A stretch of DNA of 32,000 nucleotides, from the NCBI GenBank assembly GCA_000237975.1, contig CP003179.1:2354270-2386269 (forward strand). The letters are read 5' to 3'. The notes beneath the pieces are model-generated. The model did no database searches. It was not told the DNA's origin and worked only from the letters and a program-made list of their open reading frames with translations. Position 1 is the stretch's first letter. Each line of letters begins with the position of its first letter. The translations under genes were made by a program, and so were the position numbers. This DNA is from Sulfobacillus acidophilus DSM 10332 (GTDB lineage: Bacteria; Bacillota; Sulfobacillia; Sulfobacillales; Sulfobacillaceae). Positions 8,288-18,089 of the stretch are shown here, piece after piece.

Positions 8288-9490
8288 ATGAAGGACGAAC
8301 AAAAAAAGGGATTACGGTGGACCAGTCAATTTATTCACACCGGACACGACATCGATCCCGAAACCCAGGCGGTGGTGCCCCCCATCTATCGGGCCACCAC
8401 CTATCACCAGCCTGATCCCTGGAATCCGCCACGCTGGGACTACGCCCGGTCGGGCAACCCGACCCGTCATGCATTGGAAGACGCAATGGCCCAGCTGGAG
8501 CACGGCGTGCGCGGCTTTGCTTTTGCATCCGGCATGGCCGCCCTGACGGCGGCGTTCTTGTTGTTCGACCAAGGCGATCACCTCTTAGTGACCGAAGACT
8601 GCCAGGGCGGAACGCAACGCGTGTTACGGGGAGTTTTTCAACGGCTGGGCATCCGCGTCAGTTATGTCGATACGAGCCGTTTGGACCAATTGGAGCAAGC
8701 CCTAACGCCCCAGACCCGCGCCGTGTTGGTGGAGAATTTCTCCAATCCCTTTTTACACGTGGCCGATATTCGCCGTATCGCCGAATGGGCCCACCAAAAG
8801 AATTTGTTGGTCCTGGTCGACAATACCTTTTTGACGCCTTATCTGCAAAACCCGCTCACTTTAGGCGCGGATTTGGTCATTCATTCCGCCACCAAAATGA
8901 TCAGCGGCCATTCCGACGTCACGGCCGGCATCATTGTCGCGGCCGACGAGGCGTTGGCCAAGCGGGTGTATTTTATTCAAAACGCGTGCGGGCTGGCCCT
9001 TTCGCCCGACGACAGCTATCTGGTATGGCGCGGGCTCCGTACGTTACCGGTTCGCATGGAACGCGCGCAAGCTTCGGCCGATGCGTTAGCCCGCGCCCTG
9101 GTCGACACGCCGGGAGTCACCGCCGTTTACTATCCCGGGCTGCCGGACCATCCCGGTCATGACGTCGCCGTCCGGGACATGCGCGGGTTTGGGCAAATGG
9201 TCACGTTTCGCCTACAACGTCCGGATTGGATAACCGATTTGGTACCCCACCTCGACTGGATTGTGATAGGAGCGGGATTAGGCGGCACGGAAACGATTAT
9301 CTCCTTGCCGGAGCTCCATTGCCATGCCGCCCTTACCCCGGAAGAACGTCAAGCGCGCGAAATTACTCCCGACGTGGTGCGGGTGTCGGTCGGCTTGGAA
9401 GATCCTCACGACATTATCCGCACCTTGACCGAAGCCGTTAAAGCGGTTAGTACGTCCCGTCCGGGTGCTGGGCCAACCATGCTTCTTTAG
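8288..9490 (+). CDS. divergent Cys/Met-metabolism PLP enzyme paralog
   Basis: ATG 8288 follows AAGGAGA. Motifs GNPTR, ASGMAA and HSATKMISGHSDVTAG (PLP lysine) are present. The conserved LYGGTYR reads CQGGTQR in this paralog. Confidence 0.8.
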   Translation: MKDEQKKGLRWTSQFIHTGHDIDPETQAVVPPIYRATTYHQPDPWNPPRWDYARSGNPTRHALEDAMAQLEHGVRGFAFASGMAALTAAFLLFDQGDHLLVTEDCQGGTQRVLRGVFQRLGIRVSYVDTSRLDQLEQALTPQTRAVLVENFSNPFLHVADIRRIAEWAHQKNLLVLVDNTFLTPYLQNPLTLGADLVIHSATKMISGHSDVTAGIIVAADEALAKRVYFIQNACGLALSPDDSYLVWRGLRTLPVRMERAQASADALARALVDTPGVTAVYYPGLPDHPGHDVAVRDMRGFGQMVTFRLQRPDWITDLVPHLDWIVIGAGLGGTETIISLPELHCHAALTPEERQAREITPDVVRVSVGLEDPHDIIRTLTEAVKAVSTSRPGAGPTMLL

Positions 9491-10970
9491 CCTGCCGCCG
9501 CACCACTTTAGCCGCCGGGCCCATGGGTAGCTCCGGTACCAATTCGATGCGAAACGGCCTTTTATAGTCGGCGAGCCGGTCCCGGCACAGCGCATACAGC
9601 TCATCGACGGAGAGAGCGTCGGTTTTCGGCACCACCAACCCCAGCACCCGCTCTCCCCGTCGCGGGTCGGGTATGCCCACGACACACGCCAATTGAACCC
9701 CGGGATAACTCAATAACACGTTTTCCACTTCGGTCGGATAGACATTTTCCCCGGCCACAATGATCATGTCTTGCTTACGGTCCACGAGATACAGCATGCC
9801 CTCTTCACTGAGATACCCCATATCTCCGACGGTCAGAAAACCGTCCGGGGTGAATACGTGACGCGTCGCATCGGGTTTTTTCCAGTATTCCGTCATGAGC
9901 GAGGGCCCCCGGACAAAAACTTCCCCAATCTGACCCGGCGGCAACGCGTGACCCTCCTCGTCCAAAATCCGTATCTCTAGTCCGAGCGCCGGAAAGCCCA
10001 CCGATCCCAGCGCGCCGCCAATCGCATGCCGCATCAGCGTCACCGCCCCGTATTCGGTGGACCCGTAGACGTCATAGAGTTCAACCCGGGGAAATCCCCG
10101 CAAAATCCGATCGCGAAGCGTCGAATCAAGCGGTGCGGACGAGGTCATCATGACCCGTAGCGAATGCGGGTCGATTTTTCCGGCCTCTACCGCATCAGCC
10201 AAAAAGGTTAAAAGGCTCGGCACAAACATACTGTAGGTGACCTGGTGCCGATTCATCTCGTCGATGACATGCTGAGGATGAAACGTCCGATGCGGGTAAA
10301 TGACACAGGTGGCCCCAATGGCCATAGACAAGGTCACAAACCACATCGAGTTGACGTGAAACATCGGTAAAAGGGCGAATCCCACGTCTTGATGGCTGAT
10401 CCCCAGCTCCGACGCCAAGGTCAACGCAATAATCAAATTGGAAAAATGAGAACGTACGGCCCCTTTCGGACGCCCGGTGGTCCCCGACGTATAGACAATC
10501 ACCCACGGATCCCCCTCACGGCTGACCAGGGATACCGGTGCCGTGTCCATTGCCCCGACCAGCCGATCCCACGAGCGCTCGTGGGTTGAAGTCCCGGTGT
10601 AGTATACCGGAATCGACAACCCGGCTTGGTCAATCAGGGGCGCTAATTCCTGATCGGCCAATAACAGGGAAACTTCCGCATCCTGAAGCGCATAAGCGAT
10701 TTCGGCCGGCGCCCACCGCAAATTTAAGGGAACGCCGACGACCCCGGCTTTCGCCAAACCAAAATAGGCTTCGGCCATCGTGAGCCCGTTCGGCAACAAC
10801 AACGCCACGCGATCGCCCGGCTCGACCCCGAGGGACCGAAAGGCCCGGGCCATTTGATTGGCCCGTTCGTTCAAGGACCGATAGGTGAGAGTCTGTTCGC
10901 CAAAAACCAGCGCCACCTTGTCCCGATGGCGCCGCGCGGAGTTTTCCAATGCCTCTGCCACAGTTAACAC
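9447..10970 (-). CDS. AMP-dependent acyl-CoA synthetase/ligase (ANL superfamily)
   Basis: The AMP-binding motif YTSGTTGRPKGA is present, along with downstream YGSTE and GDMGY..DRKQDMII motifs. GTG start 10970 has GAAGGAG 9 nt upstream. Confidence 0.85.
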   Translation of the reverse strand: MLTVAEALENSARRHRDKVALVFGEQTLTYRSLNERANQMARAFRSLGVEPGDRVALLLPNGLTMAEAYFGLAKAGVVGVPLNLRWAPAEIAYALQDAEVSLLLADQELAPLIDQAGLSIPVYYTGTSTHERSWDRLVGAMDTAPVSLVSREGDPWVIVYTSGTTGRPKGAVRSHFSNLIIALTLASELGISHQDVGFALLPMFHVNSMWFVTLSMAIGATCVIYPHRTFHPQHVIDEMNRHQVTYSMFVPSLLTFLADAVEAGKIDPHSLRVMMTSSAPLDSTLRDRILRGFPRVELYDVYGSTEYGAVTLMRHAIGGALGSVGFPALGLEIRILDEEGHALPPGQIGEVFVRGPSLMTEYWKKPDATRHVFTPDGFLTVGDMGYLSEEGMLYLVDRKQDMIIVAGENVYPTEVENVLLSYPGVQLACVVGIPDPRRGERVLGLVVPKTDALSVDELYALCRDRLADYKRPFRIELVPELPMGPAAKVVRRQAKEAWLAQHPDGTY

Positions 10971-10992
10971 GTGTCAACGCTCCTTCACTTGG

Positions 10993-12261
10993 TCAAGACC
11001 TGAGCTTTCTTCGCCAGCTCACCCGGCTGCCCCACTCCAGCCAGGCCAAAAGTCCCACGGTGACGCCCAAGACCCACAGCATCGTCCCGGTCGTACCGGC
11101 CACAAATGCGGCCACGGAATGCGAGTAGAGCAGCCGACCGACCCACCAAATAAGCCCTAAGCCGGTGGTGCCGATCACGGCCCAGCGATTCTCCGCCACG
11201 GAAAATAGCATCAGAATATTTAAGAGACCCAGCGCCATCATACCCCAACCGAATTGGGGAAGAAAGCCTACGATAGGCAGGAAATGCCGTCCTAAAATCA
11301 CGGTCACCACCCAACGCCCGTAGAAAAGGAAAACACCCTCGGCCGTCAAGGCGATGCCCCCGTAGACCAACCCGCTAATTCCCAGAAAGCGCCACTTGCG
11401 GGCGGGATCGGCCAATATCGACGTCAACATGACCGTGCCAAAGCTGCCCGAGATAAACTGGATTGTGTGGCCAATGGTGGCTAACCCGTTATATCGCCCG
11501 GCCGGAATCGCCCCAAGCGAATGTTTCGCCAATAGCCCGTCGACAATGGAAAACAACACGTTAATGACGCCCACCACGGCGGTACCGGAAATCACCTCCG
11601 CCCGGGAGGGATCGCCGGCCGCCGGTGCCCTCTCGGTCGGCCGCCGGCTGACGCTCCAGGTGACCCAGGCAGCCACCCCCTCTAAGAGTCCGACCCAAAA
11701 CAACGGATAGCGGTGAAACACCACGGCAATGCCTGCCGCAATCACCCGAAAACCGGTATTGAGGACGGTTAGTAGTCCGGCCCAAACGTACCACCGGACC
11801 CGCTGCAAAATCCCCACGTTGGCGGCCAAGGCAAAACTCGGCACCACTTCCAGCGTAAACACGACAAGTAAAAACGGGCTCACATGTAAAAGACGACCTA
11901 AAAACGGGCTAGCAACGGCTAACGCCAACCAAATCGCGATGCCGCCTCCCCAGAGATACCACGCCTGTCGACGGCCTTTCCGTAATTTTTTCCCCATCCG
12001 CGTATAGACGAGGGTCACAACCGGCGCCGGTAGCACCAAAAACGCCGTCACGTTTAAAAAGGTCGTTAAATCGCCGTAATGGCGGGGACCCAACACGTGT
12101 GCCAAGACCACATGATAGAGGTAATTAAACAGTCCGGCGATGAGTGATGCGGCCCCAAAAATCCCGTTATCCCGCCAAAATTCGCGATCTTTCGTCCGCC
12201 TCACCTCCCTTTTCAGTGTGCCAACTCTCCCCGGAAAACATAATGACCACACGGGCCCCAA
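10993..12261 (-). CDS. polytopic membrane protein, oligosaccharide/polysaccharide flippase-like
   Basis: About 12 predicted TM helices, with an N-terminal region similar in style to Wzx/MurJ-type MOP flippases. It ends 22 nt upstream of the acyl-CoA synthetase start. The start codon (TTG 12261 in the track) is uncertain. Confidence 0.55.
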   Translation of the reverse strand: MGPVWSLCFPGRVGTLKREVRRTKDREFWRDNGIFGAASLIAGLFNYLYHVVLAHVLGPRHYGDLTTFLNVTAFLVLPAPVVTLVYTRMGKKLRKGRRQAWYLWGGGIAIWLALAVASPFLGRLLHVSPFLLVVFTLEVVPSFALAANVGILQRVRWYVWAGLLTVLNTGFRVIAAGIAVVFHRYPLFWVGLLEGVAAWVTWSVSRRPTERAPAAGDPSRAEVISGTAVVGVINVLFSIVDGLLAKHSLGAIPAGRYNGLATIGHTIQFISGSFGTVMLTSILADPARKWRFLGISGLVYGGIALTAEGVFLFYGRWVVTVILGRHFLPIVGFLPQFGWGMMALGLLNILMLFSVAENRWAVIGTTGLGLIWWVGRLLYSHSVAAFVAGTTGTMLWVLGVTVGLLAWLEWGSRVSWRRKLRS

Positions 12262-12369
12262 ATGACGGCCAGAAAACGCCTGGGGGTGGTGGGCGACCCG
12301 ACTCGAAAACCGGGATCGATGAAAAGAACGCGGACGGACGAAAGGCGGGTTTCACCCGGACAGACAAAA

Positions 12370-12392
12370 GCGCTCGGGCACGACCCGAGCGC
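12370..12392 (-). terminator. intrinsic terminator downstream of the MDR dehydrogenase gene
   Basis: The minus strand reads GCGCTCGGG-TCGTG-CCCGAGCGC (9-bp stem, 5-nt loop) followed by TTTTGT. It lies about 100 nt after the stop at 12495. Confidence 0.6.
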
Positions 12393-12494
12393 GAGGAATA
12401 TACCCATGGTTCATTCGGATTACTGACAATTCTTACATTCTCCAAATTCCCCTAAAATCCTGCTGTTGACGGGAGAATCTTAGACGTTTGCCGA

Positions 12495-13526
12495 CTAACG
12501 CGTCGGTTTTAATAGGATTTTGCCAAATTGTTCACGCGCCGACATCCGCTGATGGGCCGACTGGACATCCGTCAATGGCCAGACCGTGTCAATCACCGGC
12601 GTTAATCGGCCTTCGGCCACCGCCTGGAGAACCTGGCGCAAATCCTCGCGGGTTCCGCCGTAAGAACCCACAATTTGCAGTTCTTTCGCAAATAAGGTCC
12701 AGACGTCAATTTCGGCATAATTGCCGGTCAGTGTCCCACAGGTGACAATCCGCCCTTCCCGGGCGAGCGCCCGCACGCTCGTCGGCAACGTCTGTTGTCC
12801 CAAGTGCTCAAATACCACATCCACCCCGCGTTTTTGGGTGAGTTCGCGGACACGCAGCCCGACATCCTCCCGACTATAGTCAATTCCGTAGTCCGCCCCC
12901 AGTTCCGCCATCGCCCGTTCGACTTTAGCCGGCTGCCCGGCGGTGGCAATCACCTTAGCTCCCATCATTTTGGCGATTTGCACGGCGGCGCTGCCGACCC
13001 CTGATCCGGCCGCCCAGACCAATACCCAGTCGCCGGGGCGAATCCGCACCTTATCCACCAGCATATGCCAAGCCGTGATGGTCGACAGCGTGACCGCCGC
13101 CGCTTGTTCGGCCGAGACCCCATCCGGAATCGGAATGAGACTGTGGTCCGCCACCACCACGTATTCGGCATAACCGCCCTGACTGCCCAGCCCCAAGATA
13201 TCCCCTTTCAGGCAGACGGTTTCATGACCGGCTAAACAACTTTCGCACTGCCCGCAAAATAAATAGGGGGCGACGGCCACACGCTGCCCTAAGGGCCTGG
13301 TAACCCCCGCCCCGACGGCCACGACCGTCCCGGCGACTTCCGAGCCGGCGATGTGCGGCATCGGCCGTGCGGGAACCCGGCCTTCCCGCATCATCAGATC
13401 CAAGCGGTTAACCCCGACGGCTTCGACGCGGACAACCACTTCACCCGGTCCCGGTTGGGGATCCGGCACGGTTTTTACGTGAAGCACCTCCACGTCGCCC
13501 GTGGTTTCAAAAATTGCTGCCTGCAT
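12495..13526 (-). CDS. zinc-type/MDR-family alcohol dehydrogenase or quinone oxidoreductase
   Basis: MQAAIFE...GEVVVRVEAVGVNRLD shows a GroES-like fold, CGQCESCLAGHETVC is a structural-zinc Cys cluster, and AAGSGVGSAAVQ is a Rossmann motif. ATG 13526 follows GAGAGGTG. The track ORF extends to 13658. Confidence 0.8.
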   Translation of the reverse strand: MQAAIFETTGDVEVLHVKTVPDPQPGPGEVVVRVEAVGVNRLDLMMREGRVPARPMPHIAGSEVAGTVVAVGAGVTRPLGQRVAVAPYLFCGQCESCLAGHETVCLKGDILGLGSQGGYAEYVVVADHSLIPIPDGVSAEQAAAVTLSTITAWHMLVDKVRIRPGDWVLVWAAGSGVGSAAVQIAKMMGAKVIATAGQPAKVERAMAELGADYGIDYSREDVGLRVRELTQKRGVDVVFEHLGQQTLPTSVRALAREGRIVTCGTLTGNYAEIDVWTLFAKELQIVGSYGGTREDLRQVLQAVAEGRLTPVIDTVWPLTDVQSAHQRMSAREQFGKILLKPTR

Positions 13527-13581
13527 GCATGTCACCTCTCCCACCACTTCGCCATCCGGCGAAAGAATCCTGCCGGCGAGA

Positions 13582-14559
13582 TTACGGTTGACGACCAATT
13601 TGATGCAAGAGCAATTGATACACGGAGTTGTTGGCGTATCCCAAATGCCAGATGGCAATACCGGCTAAATGGTCCTGTTTGGCGAGCTGGATTTTTTCGT
13701 TCATGCCCTGCAGGCTTTCCCACCACGCGACCACCGGCCCTTGGCTGGTTTGATATGTGGCATAGGTTTCCTGATCCGCGGCATCCCACTTGGCATACCG
13801 GTTCATCTCGGGGGTTACCGCATTATAGGGTACGGTGGTGGCCGACGTGCTGCCCACCGGCCAAATGTAGCCGTAGGCCGCCACCCCTAACAGGATTTTT
13901 TGCGGCGGCACCGTTTTTTCCATACGGGTTACGATATTTTGGACCCAGGGAGTCGCGGCAACCGGTCCGGCATACGATCCGTCATCATGCTGATCGTAAC
14001 TCATCAGCACATATTGATCGACTTCCGGGTTTAGTTTGGCAAAATCATAGGCCCCGCCCGAATGCGGCACAATGGCCATGGTCACGACGCTGCCGCGCGG
14101 CATGAAGTCGTGCAAGTCGATCATAAAGCCGGTCAGTTGATGAACCAGCGAGGTATGGGGCGGCTCAAAATCGATATCGACCCCTTGAAAGTGCCCGGCC
14201 TTCACCATGTCGGCGATCGCACGGGCGGCGCGCAATCGGGTCAGCGGATTGTCCAAAAAGGCCTGGGTACCGGTCGCGTCATTCACCAACGGCGTAATCG
14301 CAATATGATGTTGTTCGACGGCCGATAAAATAGCCGGATCTACCCGATTAATCAGTCCGCCATACGCATTGACGGAATACCAAAAAGGAGAGAAATACGT
14401 GATGGCGTGGGGGTATTGATAGAGGCCGGCCAATCCGGCGGTGGCATCGTTCGCCCAAAACCCCAAGACCTTCAGGGGGGCCGCCTCGACCGGCGGAGCC
14501 AAAAGCGCCAGCGAGAGCGCGAGCCCGACCAATCCGGATACCCATTTCTTCATACGCAT
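13582..14559 (-). CDS. secreted glycoside hydrolase family 18 protein
   Basis: Signal peptide MRMKKWVSGLVGLALSLALLAPPVEA and GH18 catalytic motif GVDIDFE (DxDxE). ATG 14559 lies 7 nt after GAGGTG. Confidence 0.8.
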   Translation of the reverse strand: MRMKKWVSGLVGLALSLALLAPPVEAAPLKVLGFWANDATAGLAGLYQYPHAITYFSPFWYSVNAYGGLINRVDPAILSAVEQHHIAITPLVNDATGTQAFLDNPLTRLRAARAIADMVKAGHFQGVDIDFEPPHTSLVHQLTGFMIDLHDFMPRGSVVTMAIVPHSGGAYDFAKLNPEVDQYVLMSYDQHDDGSYAGPVAATPWVQNIVTRMEKTVPPQKILLGVAAYGYIWPVGSTSATTVPYNAVTPEMNRYAKWDAADQETYATYQTSQGPVVAWWESLQGMNEKIQLAKQDHLAGIAIWHLGYANNSVYQLLLHQIGRQP

Positions 14560-14609
14560 GTTCCGTCACCTCGGGGGTAGCATGTCCCCCCGAAGTCCGG
14601 CTCATCCCT

Positions 14610-15887
14610 CTAAGGCCGCGCCGCCGGGTTTAAATGAAAGTCGCTACCGACGGTAATCTCCATGTCCAGTCCCGGTACGTCATGATACGGCGATTCGGTA
14701 ATTGCCGTATCATTAAGCGGCCCCAGAGCATTGGCCATCCGGGCGACCAGATATTTGTCGCCGGTAAAATCGAGAATTTCATTTTGCACATGGTTATGGT
14801 GATTGGCCCAGATCACTTCATTCACCGTAAATCCCCGTTGCCGGAGCCATTGGGCCAATTGGAGCGCAGGCGCCATCGACAGCGTCCCGGCCCGTACCAC
14901 AATATGCACCGACCGACGATCGGCCGCAGTCAGCGGTCGTTCCAAGACAATCTCGTCCACCATGAGGTGCATGAGGCGCTGATTGACAATCCAATAATCG
15001 AGCATTTGGTGCATGTAGGGATCCATCCGTTGCACCGGATAGCCGGCTAAAGTGGCATACCGAATCTGGCTTTGATTCACATGAGCCGCCATTAAGCCCA
15101 AGGCGATTTCCTGCCGTAAACTCAAATTGGTGTAGACGATATCTTTACTCAGTTCGCGGATAATTTCCGGTAACTTCCAGATTTGGCTAGGCGTCAAAAC
15201 TTTTTTAAGAATTAATTTCACAATATACTGCTGTTGCTGAATCCGGCTGATATCTCCCAAGGGTTCATGCCGAAACCGCACGTAAGCCAGCACCTGATAT
15301 CCGTTTAACGTTTGCACCCCGGGCTTTAGGTGAATATCCAGGGGGTTTCCATAGCCGCCGTAATTCATCGGCTGGGTCACATCGACGGTAAGCCCGCCGA
15401 GACTATTGATGATCTTGACGAAGTTCCACATGGTGGTTTCCATGTAATAGTCGACGGGTACATGCAAGGTCTCTTCAACGAGTTTTACGGCCAGCTTGGG
15501 TCCGCCGAAATAATTGGCTTCATTGATTTTGGTCAACCCGACGCCGGGAATTTTGACCAACGTGTCACGCGGAATCGACAATACACTGGCTTGATAGGTT
15601 TGAGGATTAATAGATACCAGCATCATCGTGTCGGTGCGATCCCGAACATAGGGATTGGTCTGGTCTTTTCCGTTGATAATCGATAACGCATTCCCCAACA
15701 ATAAAATGGTTATGCGATTACGAAAGGCGGGCGGGTTATTGGCCAATACCGTATCGGTTACCGCATGGGGAGACACTTGTCGATAAAGATAGTAGCCCAC
15801 CCCGGCCCCAATGACGACAAAAGCGGCCAAAATCGTCAATAGCGTTCGTCCCCAGCCGATTTTCCGCCCCCCGCGAACCTGCCGCAC
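14610..15887 (-). CDS. LytR-CpsA-Psr (LCP) family cell-envelope protein
   Basis: N-terminal TM anchor followed by the LCP core (ITILLLG...DRTDTMMLVSINP...SIPRDT). A C-terminal LytR_C-like extension is present. Confidence 0.85.
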   Translation of the reverse strand: MRQVRGGRKIGWGRTLLTILAAFVVIGAGVGYYLYRQVSPHAVTDTVLANNPPAFRNRITILLLGNALSIINGKDQTNPYVRDRTDTMMLVSINPQTYQASVLSIPRDTLVKIPGVGLTKINEANYFGGPKLAVKLVEETLHVPVDYYMETTMWNFVKIINSLGGLTVDVTQPMNYGGYGNPLDIHLKPGVQTLNGYQVLAYVRFRHEPLGDISRIQQQQYIVKLILKKVLTPSQIWKLPEIIRELSKDIVYTNLSLRQEIALGLMAAHVNQSQIRYATLAGYPVQRMDPYMHQMLDYWIVNQRLMHLMVDEIVLERPLTAADRRSVHIVVRAGTLSMAPALQLAQWLRQRGFTVNEVIWANHHNHVQNEILDFTGDKYLVARMANALGPLNDTAITESPYHDVPGLDMEITVGSDFHLNPAARP

Positions 15888-16063
15888 CTAACCATCCCCC
15901 TTAATCTCCTTGCATTATACTCAAATATTTTGTGGGTTTTTCGACAATCTCAGATTGATCCATTCGATAAACGTTTGGTCACTCCGCCAGGTTACCGTCC
16001 CGACATAAGCGGAGAAGATTTCGGAAATACTAGCCGCACACGAGTCGTAAAGGAGGTTTTTTT

Positions 16064-16777
16064 ATGCACTGGACGCTGTGGCCGCTCGTCGTCAGCCTCT
16101 TGGCCGGCCCGGTAGCCACCCGCCCCGCACCAATCATCAATCACGTATTGACCAATCAAAAAGTGGTAGCCTTAACCTTTGACGACGGCCCGACCCGGAC
16201 GTGGACGCCGAAAGTCCTCCAAGTATTGAAAAAAGACCACGTGCGGGCCACCTTTTTTGTGGTGGGCAGCCACGCCGAACGACGACCGGAAATCCTCACG
16301 GAAGAAATCCGCGACGGAATGGAAATCGGGAGCCACGGCTATCAGCATATCACGTTAAAAGGCAAAGACGCCGCCACGGTGGAACAAGAAATTCAGCAAA
16401 ATCAGGCGCTCTTGCAATCCTTAGGGGCCCCCAAGCCCACGTTGTATCGTCTACCCGGCGGGGCATCCGATACCGTGGCCCGACAAGTCCTAGGAAAATT
16501 AGGATACCGCGTCATCGGCTGGTCCATTGACACGCGAGATTGGCGACATCGCTACACCGGAGCCGAAATGGCCCAACACGTGGAAAAAGACATATCGCCG
16601 GGAGCCATCATTATCTTTCACGATGGACCCAACTCGTCTCAAGCCACGGTCGACGCCGTCGAACAAATCATTCCGGCCTTAGAAAAGGCCGGCTACCGGT
16701 TTGACACCGTCTCGCACCTACTTAAGCTCGAGCGGGTACCGGCCATCCGGTCCGCCGCCCATCACCATCGCCCGTAA
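16064..16777 (+). CDS. polysaccharide deacetylase (NodB homology domain)
   Basis: ATG 16064 follows AAAGGAGG. NodB motifs are VALTFDDGP, HGYQH and LYRLPGG. Confidence 0.85.
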   Translation: MHWTLWPLVVSLLAGPVATRPAPIINHVLTNQKVVALTFDDGPTRTWTPKVLQVLKKDHVRATFFVVGSHAERRPEILTEEIRDGMEIGSHGYQHITLKGKDAATVEQEIQQNQALLQSLGAPKPTLYRLPGGASDTVARQVLGKLGYRVIGWSIDTRDWRHRYTGAEMAQHVEKDISPGAIIIFHDGPNSSQATVDAVEQIIPALEKAGYRFDTVSHLLKLERVPAIRSAAHHHRP

Positions 16778-16796
16778 ACCGGTCCGCCCGGCGGGA

Positions 16797-18005
16797 TTAA
16801 CTTGCCGGGCGGGTTTGGGGCTCCGCCGGCAATAAAAAGCTGCCCACCACGCCCAATAGAGACGCCAGGCCGGCCACGCCAATCATGGACGCATAGTTTC
16901 CGCCCAGTGAAATCCATAACCCCATCCCGAGCGGGACCAGCACCGCCGCCAAAAAACCGGCCGTGTTGGCTAATCCGGCGGCTAATCCTTGTTCTTCCAG
17001 CGGGAAAAAGTGACGGGTCACCGCGAAGGTAAGGACACTGGCTCCGTTAGCCAACCCCGTCAAGCCGAACAGCGTTAATAAGGCCCAACTCGGGAACCAG
17101 GAGGATCCCCACGTCCATATCATCCACGCCACCGCGTTTTCGACGGCCACGAACCGATAAGGCCAGACCACACCAAACCGATCAGCCAAAATCCCGCCCA
17201 AAGGCCCACCAAGTAAAGACCCCAAAAGACCGGCCGCCATATACAGGCTGGCCGTAACGCGGCCGACATGATGGACCGTTTCTAAGTAGGGCACCGCCAG
17301 AAGGCTGACGAATCCTAAAAATGGACCCATCATGCCCCAATGGCCTAAAACCGGCCCCCATAGGCGAGGGCGTTTTTGCCATACAGCCTGCCAGGGTAGT
17401 CCCCGCCGAACGCGCGCGGTCGCACCGGGAGCCGGGGCCCAGCGAAAAAACACGCCCCACGACACGGCCGCCATCGCAATTAAAAAGCCGCCCATGGCTA
17501 AAAACGGAGTCCGCCACCCGGATCCTTGAATCCATACCGCCAGCGGAAACGTGCCGAAAATCGCGCCAATATTCCCCGTCATGGCCACCAAACCGATAAT
17601 CCGGCCAAAAATCCCCGGGCTAAAGCGCCGCGCCAATACCTGAACAATATTGAGCCAAATCAAGGCGTCGCCCAGCCCCACCACGCCGCGCGACAGCACG
17701 ACGGTAAAAAACGTATGGGATAGGCCAAATAAGACCGTTCCCACGCCATCCAGCACCGCACCCGCCACCAGTAGCGCTTCCGCCGGCCAGCGCTGTCCGA
17801 CCCAGGTGACCGGCACTTGCAACGTAGCATATACGAAATACTGCGCGAGCGTCATCAGGGACAACACCGCCGGGGACACCCGGTAGAGGTGAAGGAGTTC
17901 CGGCGTCACCAACCCGGGGGCCGTCCGCTCCATAAATATCAGGCCGTAGATCAGGGCCACCGTCAAAAACACACCGAACAACGCGCGAGGCGATTCTTGT
18001 ATCAT
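16797..18005 (-). CDS. MFS transporter
   Basis: About 12 TM helices with an MFS-like loop (SRGVVGLGDA). The start is uncertain: I favour ATG 18005 (MIQESPRALF), while the track uses 18089. Confidence 0.7.
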   Translation of the reverse strand: MIQESPRALFGVFLTVALIYGLIFMERTAPGLVTPELLHLYRVSPAVLSLMTLAQYFVYATLQVPVTWVGQRWPAEALLVAGAVLDGVGTVLFGLSHTFFTVVLSRGVVGLGDALIWLNIVQVLARRFSPGIFGRIIGLVAMTGNIGAIFGTFPLAVWIQGSGWRTPFLAMGGFLIAMAAVSWGVFFRWAPAPGATARVRRGLPWQAVWQKRPRLWGPVLGHWGMMGPFLGFVSLLAVPYLETVHHVGRVTASLYMAAGLLGSLLGGPLGGILADRFGVVWPYRFVAVENAVAWMIWTWGSSWFPSWALLTLFGLTGLANGASVLTFAVTRHFFPLEEQGLAAGLANTAGFLAAVLVPLGMGLWISLGGNYASMIGVAGLASLLGVVGSFLLPAEPQTRPAS

Positions 18006-18089
18006 AACCCCATCATACCGCCTTTTCGTCGACGGACCGGTGCTCGCATAATCTTCTGAACAGGGAAGCCGCCATATGACGTCATTCAA

